NCBI GenBank assembly: GCA_007695015.1 | Contig: REEN01000064.1 | Coordinates: forward strand, 1,087-65,086 | Reading direction: 5' to 3' | Length of the DNA: 64,000 nt | Source: Marinilabiliales bacterium | Lineage (GTDB): Bacteria; Bacteroidota; Bacteroidia; Bacteroidales; PUMT01 | In this document: positions 41,549-49,918 of the stretch, one piece after another | Layout of the letters: every line of letters starts with the position of its first letter | Position numbering within the stretch: position 1 is the first letter of the stretch | Notes under the pieces: model-generated | What the model was told of the DNA's origin: nothing | Seen by the model: the letters and a program-made list of their open reading frames with translations, nothing else | Database searches by the model: none | Translations under genes and position numbers: made by a program

Positions 41549-43741
41549 TTACCCGATCTCAAGGTTTGATATCTCCTCTGTGATCCTGTAAGGGTATTCA
41601 GGATACTCGAAGAGCGGCATCCTCGGTTCGGTCTCACCTACCGAATATCCCCATATGCTTTGGTATTCCTTAATATCCTCACCCATGTCCTCAAGCTGAT
41701 GAAGATACTCACCCACGGGTTTACTCTCTATTATTATCATCTTCCCGAGCTTGTTTATAATAGGACTGTGCCAGCGGTTGTGATCATGGTCAAACTCGAG
41801 TATACGGCGCCCCCACCTTGTTATGCCTACAGTCCTGAACGTCATGCTCTTGCCGACAGCCGGAAGGTTGATCACGTTCCTGTCAGTCGCAAGGAACGGA
41901 ATACCGTTTTCTTCCCTGATAGATTCAAGGTTCTCCTTCATCCTCTCCGGTTCGTCAGAGAGACTCCTGATCCTCTCACGGTAACTGCCGGGTAAGATAC
42001 CTATATACTTCTCCTCTTTTTGCTCCTGAACGGCACGCGCGTTGGTGGCATAGTTAAATGTGTTTTCAAGGAATCCCTTTACCGAAAATGTGTAATAGGT
42101 TATCACACCGATGTCGTTCAGCACCTTTCTCAGCATGGCAGTATGACCCCTCCTTGATGCAGCGGAGGTAAATACAAGCTGGTTGGTAACCATCCATCCG
42201 GCATCTATCAGCCTCCTTACAGCAATTTCGGCTTCAGGTGTCACCTCCATGGGGCTTTCAAAATGGGTCTGTATGACAAACTGCTTTATGCCCGCTTCCG
42301 CAGCCTTCCTCCTGAAGCCAGCGAGAATCTGCTGAAGGTGGGGAGTAACCCTCTGGGGCAGATAGGCCAGCAGCCTGGTACCAAGCCTTATCCTAACTAT
42401 CCCGGCATACTTTTCACCGTCAGGTCTCTTTTTGTTGGCCTCCCTCTTCCTGACAGCCATCTCATAAACCTGGTCGAGTATCTTTTCAAGAGACTTGTCG
42501 CGGCTCATCAGTGCATCTCCACCGGTAATAAGGATATCCCTTAGCTGTGTATCACTCTCGTAGTAATCGAGCAGCCTTTTCAGCTTCTCATCCCAGGTCT
42601 CTTTGGGCTTCAGCTTGTCAAGGTTGAAGTTAAGATTGCCCCTCTGAAAATCATACATCCTCTGGCAGGATACACATAGTCCCCCGCAGGCCCTGCCCAT
42701 TGTGTCAGGTATCATAATGGCAACTTCAGGATACCGCCGGTGCACATTGTGGCGGGAAGGAAGCATCCATCCTGCAGCATTCGGCTTGCCGGGTTCAACC
42801 TTATCCTCCTTCTCCCATGCCTCAATGTTTCCGAACTGGTCAATCAGCGGTTTGGAATATATCACATAGTGCCTTATTGCAAGATCCGCTCCGGCTGTAA
42901 ATCCAGGGGACCTGGTACTCAGCAGGGATATATAATAGGGATTGACAAAGAAAGGTATACCCTTTTTCTCAGCTCTTTCAAGCAGTTTCTGTGTGTCAAG
43001 ATCGAGAGAATGGTCCAGCAGCTCGTTAAGCAGTGCTGGTGACCTGACAGCAAACCTCAGGTGAAACATATAGTCGGACCACCATTCTTTAACTTTTTCA
43101 ACCTTCTCGTCGTAACTCAATCCCTCCTCGAAAAAATACCTGGAATCACCCTGCTCGCAGCTTTCAATCCTCTCCACCAGCACTCTTATGATCCTTTCCC
43201 TGTTCTCCCCGCGTTCCTTGATTATCTCCTGTTCCAGTCCGTGCCTCCAGCGCTTCATCCACTTTTCCACCTTCTGTTTGTCGGGTCGTTCCCTGGGAAG
43301 CTGTCCCGTCAGCTGCCTGAAAAGATTGATCATATCCTCAAAGAAAAGGGGCTTGGCTCCTCCTGTACCGTTCCTGGCCCCAAGCCATATAAGGTTGAAT
43401 GGATCACTTATCGTGATCTCCCCACTCCTGTATGGATTCGGAAATTCCCGGCCTGCATTGTCAAGATAATCCAGGATCCGTATAGCAGCAAGGTCATGCC
43501 AGCGCAGCCTGCCGTAAGCCTCCAGCCCCTCTTTTTCCTTTTTGTAATATGACAGGGCATCAGCATTGGTGCCCAGCACCTCTTCAGCCCAGATACGTAT
43601 TGATCTCTTTGCCTCATCCTCGGTAGTCGATTCCGAAAAGATCCTTTTCAGTCGCGGATTCTCATTTAACAGGCGACGCAGGAGCTTTGCAGATTTAACT
43701 GACAATGCTATTTTCTCAGGATAATATTCCATAACAACCAT
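41549..43741 (-). CDS. KamA-family (lysine 2,3-aminomutase-like) radical SAM protein, unusually long (730 aa)
   Basis: FFVNPYYISLL, HRYPEVAIMIPDTMGRACGGLCVSCQRM (C-x3-C-x2-C) and ILITGGDALM appear in KamA-family order. There are an extra ~230 aa N-terminal and ~90 aa C-terminal. Confidence 0.8.
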   Translation of the reverse strand: MVVMEYYPEKIALSVKSAKLLRRLLNENPRLKRIFSESTTEDEAKRSIRIWAEEVLGTNADALSYYKKEKEGLEAYGRLRWHDLAAIRILDYLDNAGREFPNPYRSGEITISDPFNLIWLGARNGTGGAKPLFFEDMINLFRQLTGQLPRERPDKQKVEKWMKRWRHGLEQEIIKERGENRERIIRVLVERIESCEQGDSRYFFEEGLSYDEKVEKVKEWWSDYMFHLRFAVRSPALLNELLDHSLDLDTQKLLERAEKKGIPFFVNPYYISLLSTRSPGFTAGADLAIRHYVIYSKPLIDQFGNIEAWEKEDKVEPGKPNAAGWMLPSRHNVHRRYPEVAIMIPDTMGRACGGLCVSCQRMYDFQRGNLNFNLDKLKPKETWDEKLKRLLDYYESDTQLRDILITGGDALMSRDKSLEKILDQVYEMAVRKREANKKRPDGEKYAGIVRIRLGTRLLAYLPQRVTPHLQQILAGFRRKAAEAGIKQFVIQTHFESPMEVTPEAEIAVRRLIDAGWMVTNQLVFTSAASRRGHTAMLRKVLNDIGVITYYTFSVKGFLENTFNYATNARAVQEQKEEKYIGILPGSYRERIRSLSDEPERMKENLESIREENGIPFLATDRNVINLPAVGKSMTFRTVGITRWGRRILEFDHDHNRWHSPIINKLGKMIIIESKPVGEYLHQLEDMGEDIKEYQSIWGYSVGETEPRMPLFEYPEYPYRITEEISNLEIG

Positions 43742-43866
43742 AATTTTGAATCCTGCTATAATGTAAAAATACTAAAACCGTATCTATCCGGAAAGTTAAT
43801 TACTGCCGGCAGGCATCGAAAAATCGTAAAAAACTTTAATTTAGCATTATAATAACCAGGTATACC

Positions 43867-45096
43867 ATGCAGAGAGGAAAAGACACCAAGCCCCATATTG
43901 GCATATACGGGAGGAGAAACAACGGTAAAAGCACCCTTATAAACATGCTGGCGGGTCACGAAATAGCAATAGTAAGTGAAGTAGCAGGCACAACGACCGA
44001 CCCGGTCAGGAAATCATTCGAGATTACAGGGTTCGGACCAGTAGTTCTTATTGATACGGCCGGATCGGATGACACCGGCGAACTTGGAGAAAAACGCATC
44101 GCCAAAACCCTGCATACCCTTCAAACTGTCGACCTTGCAATCCTGGTCATTACACGGAACAACTTTGAAGAACCGGAAAAGAGACTGGTGGAAGAATTCA
44201 GGAAGCTCCTGCTGCCTTTCATAATTGTGCACAGCAAGTCCGACCTTGAAAAGCTTTCATCCGGAACAAGAGACCGGATTGAAGAATATACCGGGACCGG
44301 TGTAATTGAGTTCAGCAGTGTTGACAGCAATTACCCTGAAGAGATAATCTCAGCAATAAGGTCGTCAATTCCCGGGTCGGCATGGAAAAGCGCGGGACTG
44401 GTTGGCGATCTTCTGAGCCATGGTGACATCGTCCTTCTCATTACACCCATAGATGTACAGGCACCGGCAGGAAGACTTATCCTGCCCCAGGTACAGGCTA
44501 TCCGCGATATAATTGACAATGACTGTGTGGCAGTGGTCCTCAAGGAGAGGGAGGTTGATGCCTTCCTGAGAAAAACAGGTATAAGACCCAAACTTGCTAT
44601 AACCGACAGCCAGATCTTTGTAAAAGCGGATGCCTCTATACCACCTGATATCATGCTGACATCCTTCAGCATCATTCTTGCAAGGCAGAAAGGAGACTTT
44701 GAGCTGTATCTGCAAGGAACGCCTGCAATATCAGGCCTGAAAGACGGTGACCGCATCCTTATACTTGAATCATGTACCCACCATGTGTCGTGCGATGATA
44801 TCGGCCGGGTCAAGATTCCCAGGTGGATAAGCACCTTTACCGGCAAAAAGCTGGAGTTTGATGTGGTCGGTGGACTGGCTGAGTGGCCCCGCCCGGTAAC
44901 TGATTATGCGCTGGTAATACAGTGCGGGGGATGCGTGATAACACGCAGGCAGCTCATTAACAGGATCAGGCAGGCGGCCGACGCCGGGGTTCCCGTAACC
45001 AATTACGGCATGGCAATCGCATGGGTGCAGGGCATTTACAAACGGGCCGTCGCCCCGTTCACCGGGGGAAGCAAAGGTGAAGCTGACTATCTGTAA
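43867..45096 (+). CDS. hydF: [FeFe]-hydrogenase H-cluster maturation GTPase HydF
   Basis: 409 aa that align by eye along the full length to Thermotoga HydF as I recall it. Motifs are GRRNNGKST, AGTTTDPV, DTAG, GRLILPQVQAIRD, KPKLAITDSQ and cluster motif ESCTHH...DIGRVKIPRW...IQCGGC. Confidence 0.9.
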   Translation: MQRGKDTKPHIGIYGRRNNGKSTLINMLAGHEIAIVSEVAGTTTDPVRKSFEITGFGPVVLIDTAGSDDTGELGEKRIAKTLHTLQTVDLAILVITRNNFEEPEKRLVEEFRKLLLPFIIVHSKSDLEKLSSGTRDRIEEYTGTGVIEFSSVDSNYPEEIISAIRSSIPGSAWKSAGLVGDLLSHGDIVLLITPIDVQAPAGRLILPQVQAIRDIIDNDCVAVVLKEREVDAFLRKTGIRPKLAITDSQIFVKADASIPPDIMLTSFSIILARQKGDFELYLQGTPAISGLKDGDRILILESCTHHVSCDDIGRVKIPRWISTFTGKKLEFDVVGGLAEWPRPVTDYALVIQCGGCVITRRQLINRIRQAADAGVPVTNYGMAIAWVQGIYKRAVAPFTGGSKGEADYL

Positions 45097-45120
45097 CCAT
45101 CTGCACCCCCCTGAAAATAT

Positions 45121-45152
45121 CGGTGGGGAAGCACTTCCGTACTCCCCCACCG
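45121..45152. terminator. GC-rich hairpin between convergent hydF and repeat-OMP genes
   Basis: cggtgggg (45121-45128) pairs with ccccaccg (45145-45152), with an inner gaag/cttc stem. There is no strong T-run on either side. Confidence 0.35.
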
Positions 45153-45203
45153 AACCAAATTAACCCATCTGTAAACCTAAAACTTAACCTAAATTATGAA
45201 AAA

Positions 45204-46415
45204 CTACCAAAACCTGAATCCTGCGTTTATGCCTGCCCAAACCCAGGTGTCAGTATGCCTGCTGCTAAACTCAAAGATATGGTATGGTGCAACCCTGGTC
45301 CCGCTGTTTCCTTCACTGCCCGCTCTTACCACCTGAACATTCAGTACCGGGCCCGCAAAAAACTGCCACCTGTTATCAATATCCGTGGCATATGTTACCC
45401 GAAGCTGGTTAAGTACATTGATCCTGTCATATTCCCACCACCGGTTCTCCATAAGGTAATGCGAAATAATCTCAACATTCAGGTAGCGCTCATCCCGGAG
45501 GATAAACTCCGAACCAATACCATATCCGTAACTAATAACTGTATTGTCATGCAAAAATTGAGCCCCTAATGTTAAAAAATTATAAAATCGCCTGACGCCT
45601 GTCTTTATTCCGATACCAAGGTTCATGGCATCTCCCCCCCAAAATTCAACCTTCTGGTAACCGTCTCTTACAATACTTACCAGTCCGATCGGGAACCCGT
45701 CAACCGAGTCGGCAATATTCACAACACCTATCTGCACTCCCTTTACATTTCCGGCCACGTTAACGATACCGGCCACCTGTATACCTTCAACCCTGCCGGC
45801 CACATTTGCAAATCCGGAGCCCTGAACACCATCAACTTCTCCGGCAATTCCGGCAAAACCAGATATCTGTACCCCTGATAGCTTCCCGCCGGTAACACTG
45901 CTAAATCCTGAAGCCTGGACTCCTTCAAAGTTACCTGAAGTAATCCCGGCAAAACCACTACCCTGTAAGCCTCTTGAATTACCGGAAATAATATTACCAA
46001 AACCGGCACCCTGAAGTACCCTGGCATCGCCATTTACAATGTTCAGAAAGCCTGCGCCCTGTATTCCCTTTACATTCGAACCACTTAGGTTAAAAAAACC
46101 TGAAAACTGCACTCCATCGACCTCTCCGCCCGTTATGTTTCCAAATCCTGAAGCCTGAAGTCCGGTAACCGAATACCTGTTGATATTCAAAAAACCTCCG
46201 AATTCAATTCCATCAACTCCACCGGTTACCCCACCAAACAGGTTCAGCGATACATCATATACATATTTATGGCTGTTTACACCCTCTGTGCCGACAAACG
46301 GAAAAACACTTAACTGGAAAGGCCTGGATTCAGGAACCTCGTCATTCTGCGCGCTCACAGGAAATGCTGTCAAAAATAGGCAAACCAGGATCGGGGCAAA
46401 AACATTCTTCTTCAT
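45204..46415 (-). CDS. outer-membrane protein: signal peptide + ~12 tandem 15-16-aa G-x-Q-x-S-G-F-x-N repeats + C-terminal beta-barrel-like domain
   Basis: 403 aa with signal ...FPVSA|QNDE and a repeat region at residues ~55-248. The C-terminal ~150 aa has alternating hydrophobic strands and ends ...NAGFRFW (OMP-type aromatic terminus). Confidence 0.75.
   Translation of the reverse strand: MKKNVFAPILVCLFLTAFPVSAQNDEVPESRPFQLSVFPFVGTEGVNSHKYVYDVSLNLFGGVTGGVDGIEFGGFLNINRYSVTGLQASGFGNITGGEVDGVQFSGFFNLSGSNVKGIQGAGFLNIVNGDARVLQGAGFGNIISGNSRGLQGSGFAGITSGNFEGVQASGFSSVTGGKLSGVQISGFAGIAGEVDGVQGSGFANVAGRVEGIQVAGIVNVAGNVKGVQIGVVNIADSVDGFPIGLVSIVRDGYQKVEFWGGDAMNLGIGIKTGVRRFYNFLTLGAQFLHDNTVISYGYGIGSEFILRDERYLNVEIISHYLMENRWWEYDRINVLNQLRVTYATDIDNRWQFFAGPVLNVQVVRAGSEGNSGTRVAPYHIFEFSSRHTDTWVWAGINAGFRFW
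45672..46253 (-). repeat. degenerate 45-48-nt coding tandem repeats (about 12 units)
   Basis: Protein-level units are GLQASGFGNITGGEVD, GVQFSGFFNLSGSNVK, GIQGAGFLNIVNGDAR, VLQGAGFGNIISGNSR, GLQGSGFAGITSGNFE, GVQASGFSSVTGGKLS, GVQISGFAGIAGEVD, GVQGSGFANVAGRVE, GIQVAGIVNVAGNVK and GVQIGVVNIADSVD. Confidence 0.85.
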
Positions 46416-46673
46416 AATACAAAACTATTTTTTATCATTCTTCTGGATCGTGTCGGTCCGGGCATACTTTATTATCTTCCCCGACATGATCAACTGACGT
46501 AACAATACACTCCAATACACTTTACCCGCTTTTCGATCAATGTTCGTGCCAACATCAATAAATCCCTGTATATATGCCCATAAAGCAAATATCAGAAATG
46601 CCGCGGGCACCCGCCTGTTGTCCGGAACCGTACAACAGGCGTACATCTGCACCAGCAGAACCGACAGGGTCTG

Positions 46674-48152
46674 TCAGAACCTGAAATAGATAAAAGGCTG
46701 TATGTCGGCCGACCGTACCTGGTATATTACAAATACAATCAAAACGGCCGCCACAATCTTGATAAGAAGATGCGACCTTATGAATGCCCCCCTGTAATAC
46801 TCCTTCAGCCTGGCAGGAAGCCAGTGTATTATCATGGCAACCGCCATAAGCGAAAAGACGTTTCTGTGAGCGATGGTCATTCCGGGAACCAGGTCGCCTC
46901 CGAAACTGCTGATCATCTGCGAAACCATTGCATTCACCTCATACATGCCTTCAGCCCTGAAAAAGAGCCAGGCGAAGGAGACAAACTGGAATGTGATGAA
47001 AACCGAAAGGAACCTCCTTAAACCCGGCATGCGCGTTCCTGTCCTGCTGCCGGGGAACAGCCCCTGCCAGGCCTTATGCACGGCAAGAGCAACACCGTGA
47101 AGTCCGCCCCAGATGATGAACCTCAGATCTGCGCCATGCCACAATCCGCCCAGCAGCATAGTCACTATAAGGTTGGCATACCTGCGTAAGATCCCTTTCC
47201 GGCTTCCCCCGAGAGGGATATAAAGATAATCCCTCAACCATGAGGATAACGAAATATGCCACCTCCGCCAAAAGTCCGTTATGTTTACAGCCTTGTAGGG
47301 TGAGTTGAAGTTAACCGGAAGCCTGAAGCCCAAAAGCAGGGCCACTCCTATCGCAATATCGGTATAGCCCGAAAAATCACAGTATATCTGCACCGAATAC
47401 CCGTAAACAGCCATCATGTTCTCGAATCCCGAATATGCCAGCGGATTGTCAAACACCCTGTCAACATAATTCACCGAAATATAGTCGGATATCACCATCT
47501 TCTTTACCAGTCCGCTCAGCACCAGAAAAATTGCATGGCCCATCTGTTGCATGGTAAGTTTGAAGGAGGCATAAAGCTGGGGCATGAATTCAGCCGCGCG
47601 TACTATAGGCCCCGCCACAAGCTGGGGGAAGAATGAAACATAGAAACCAAAATCAATGATGTTGCCAACCGGGCGGAGCTTGCCCCGGTAGACATCGACT
47701 GTATAGCTGATGGTCTGAAAGGTGAAGAAGGATATTCCCACAGGCAGCACAATTACCGACACATCCATACTTCCGCCGGCCAGCCTGTTGTAGAGCAGTG
47801 ATAAAAAATTGACAACCTCGAGATCGGTTCCGGCAACCCTGTTGACCAGTCCGGTCAGGAAATAGGCATACTTGAAATATGCCAGCAGACCTAAATTCAC
47901 TGTTACGCTTGCTGCCAGCCACAATCGTTTCCGAAATCTGTTGCCGGCATTGAAAATCAGATGTCCCAGAACAAAATCTGCTATGGTGGAAAAGACCAGT
48001 AGCGAAAAGAAATAGCCGCCCGACTTGTAATAGAAGAAGAGGCTCATTGCAAAAAGCCAGGCATTGCGCAGGGTCTTCTTTTTGTATACCAGGCTGTACC
48101 CCACAAGCAGCACCAGGAAGAAGCCCCAGAAATAGAGACGTGTAAAAAGCAT
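46674..48152 (-). CDS. MBOAT-family membrane-bound O-acyltransferase (AlgI/DltB/PatA-like)
   Basis: Polytopic protein with hallmark FWRRWHISLSSWLRDYLYIPLGGSR and the catalytic-His region LWHGA. ATG 48150-48152 (MLFTRLYFWGFF..., a typical family N-terminus) is preferred. The ORF track extends to TTG 48251. Confidence 0.88.
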   Translation of the reverse strand: MLFTRLYFWGFFLVLLVGYSLVYKKKTLRNAWLFAMSLFFYYKSGGYFFSLLVFSTIADFVLGHLIFNAGNRFRKRLWLAASVTVNLGLLAYFKYAYFLTGLVNRVAGTDLEVVNFLSLLYNRLAGGSMDVSVIVLPVGISFFTFQTISYTVDVYRGKLRPVGNIIDFGFYVSFFPQLVAGPIVRAAEFMPQLYASFKLTMQQMGHAIFLVLSGLVKKMVISDYISVNYVDRVFDNPLAYSGFENMMAVYGYSVQIYCDFSGYTDIAIGVALLLGFRLPVNFNSPYKAVNITDFWRRWHISLSSWLRDYLYIPLGGSRKGILRRYANLIVTMLLGGLWHGADLRFIIWGGLHGVALAVHKAWQGLFPGSRTGTRMPGLRRFLSVFITFQFVSFAWLFFRAEGMYEVNAMVSQMISSFGGDLVPGMTIAHRNVFSLMAVAMIIHWLPARLKEYYRGAFIRSHLLIKIVAAVLIVFVIYQVRSADIQPFIYFRF

Positions 48153-48271
48153 GGGTGTCTCTTCCGAATATTTTAAAATTCCTGGGAACAGGTCCATCAA
48201 CATGCAGGTTATGCCCGAAATTAAAAATAAATATTCAAACTGCGACTCCAACGGCCCGGCCGGCCAACATC

Positions 48272-49861
48272 TCAGAACCGTTTATTTTCAAGCCAGGCTT
48301 CGTACTGATACATTAATGCATCATAAAGCAGATCACCAATAAGCGCCGAACCCCGGAAGGTAAAATGAATATGGTCAGCCTGTCCAAGCGGCGGATCAGC
48401 ATTCACCCATGATGGCATGGAGTTCTTTCCCCCCATTGCCCCGTATAGATCCCAGAAAGCCGCGCCTGAACGGAAGGCGGCACGCCTCTGGGCATCCCTG
48501 ATAAGTCCTATATTGGGAAATGATTCATAATATCCTCCGGGCCCTGTCCTCGACATGTCAGATACTCCAATTACTATTATTGAAATGTCATGCGAAAGTG
48601 ACTTCAGGTAATTTATCTGCCTGACCAGTGAGTTCTCGTACCATGTATAGTCATCGGCAATATCCGGAACAATATTTACACCAAACTGCAAGATAAGTAA
48701 CCGGACATTCAGCAACTCCATCATCTTTGCCATAGGCTCCCGGCTGCTCCGGGAAAACTCCAGTCCGCTGCTTCCCCTCATAGGCACATTGTCAATGCCT
48801 ACTCCCCGGTAATTATCAATCGACACCGAAAAAACAGGAAGACTGCCCCGACCGGCAAACCGGACAGTATACTCTGCACTTCCGTGCGGAAGCGGCCACC
48901 TTGCAAACATAAGTGAATCGGACGGGAAGATCAGGTCTGCATCAATTCTCTGCTCCCCCGACAGCAACTCAACAGTAAACGGACTGCTGTTAAACCCCGT
49001 AAAAACCGTCAGCATCTCCATCTCACGCGAGCGTGCCGGACCCATTCCCGTTGGCCTGAGCGTAAAAGCCCCTTCAGTGTTGCCTTCTGTTGCAGGCTCA
49101 AGCGAGCAGAACGACATCAGCAAACCGTAACGGAAGGTCTCCCTGCTCTCCCTGGCCCGTTCCAATGGTGTGTACCTGACCCAGTTTCCACCGGTCACCA
49201 CCCTGACAGATGCATTGTGCGGAGCAGGTGAAATAACCGGGAACATGCCGGTGCCACCTCCGCCAAACCTTGCCTGCATCCTGTTTCTAAATGCAGAGGT
49301 TATCCTGTTGTTCTCAATCTGCGAATCGCCATAATGAATTATCCTCAGAGCACCCCCTCCCTCACCGGCATTATGAAGTTGGCCGAAAAAGGGATCAAGC
49401 ACTTTGAATTCATCATCCGGCAACTCCAGCGGGAATATGACCTCCCTGAGACTGCCTTCATCGGCCGGGGCAGGTTCCTCTTCAGCCGGGACAGGTTCTT
49501 CACTATGCGGTTCAAACTCTATAGAAGGGGGAGAAGGTTCTTCACTACGCGGGTCAGGCTCTTTACCAGGGGGAACGGATTCTGTGCCAGGTATGGTTGT
49601 ATCCCTGACCGTCCGCTCTTCGCCGGTAAACTCTTCATCCGGCCGGTACCGTTCCGTTAAATGGGATATATCAGCATACTCAGGTACATCAGGCTGCAGC
49701 ACTGAATTCAGGCTGGGAAACCTGATCCTGAAATCATCGCTGATCTTTATGCCTTCAGGGGGAAAGAACAGCGATATAGCCGCAAGAACAATGAGTACGG
49801 CAGAGATAAAAAGCAATACGGTAAGTGGATTAACCTGGTTTTTCATACGACTTTTTGACAT
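48272..49861 (-). CDS. membrane-anchored SGNH/GDSL-type hydrolase/acyltransferase domain protein (partner of MBOAT)
   Basis: N-terminal TM anchor, an E/P-rich linker (nt ~49457-49648), block I IIHYGDSQIENN and a C-terminal DHIHF (D-x-x-H). Start ATG 49861 is chosen (alternatives 49846 and TTG 49870). Confidence 0.7.
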   Translation of the reverse strand: MSKSRMKNQVNPLTVLLFISAVLIVLAAISLFFPPEGIKISDDFRIRFPSLNSVLQPDVPEYADISHLTERYRPDEEFTGEERTVRDTTIPGTESVPPGKEPDPRSEEPSPPSIEFEPHSEEPVPAEEEPAPADEGSLREVIFPLELPDDEFKVLDPFFGQLHNAGEGGGALRIIHYGDSQIENNRITSAFRNRMQARFGGGGTGMFPVISPAPHNASVRVVTGGNWVRYTPLERARESRETFRYGLLMSFCSLEPATEGNTEGAFTLRPTGMGPARSREMEMLTVFTGFNSSPFTVELLSGEQRIDADLIFPSDSLMFARWPLPHGSAEYTVRFAGRGSLPVFSVSIDNYRGVGIDNVPMRGSSGLEFSRSSREPMAKMMELLNVRLLILQFGVNIVPDIADDYTWYENSLVRQINYLKSLSHDISIIVIGVSDMSRTGPGGYYESFPNIGLIRDAQRRAAFRSGAAFWDLYGAMGGKNSMPSWVNADPPLGQADHIHFTFRGSALIGDLLYDALMYQYEAWLENKRF

Positions 49862-49918
49862 AACCGCCAAGCAATGCCGTCAAAGATGCGAAGAACCAGG
49901 TATCTGGAGTATGCGCTT

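Noticed and set aside
45123-45569. 148-aa plus-strand ORF after hydF
   Set aside because: It mostly overlaps the C-terminal barrel region of the minus-strand OMP gene, whose OMP-type terminus (...GFRFW) and signal peptide make it the real gene.
46425-46652. 75-aa minus-strand ORF (one hydrophobic segment) in the 258-nt spacer between the MBOAT gene and the repeat-OMP gene
   Set aside because: I see no recognisable motif, the start is ambiguous, and the size is near the noise level. The spacer more likely holds the promoter of the OMP gene. It would need conservation or expression data to be called.
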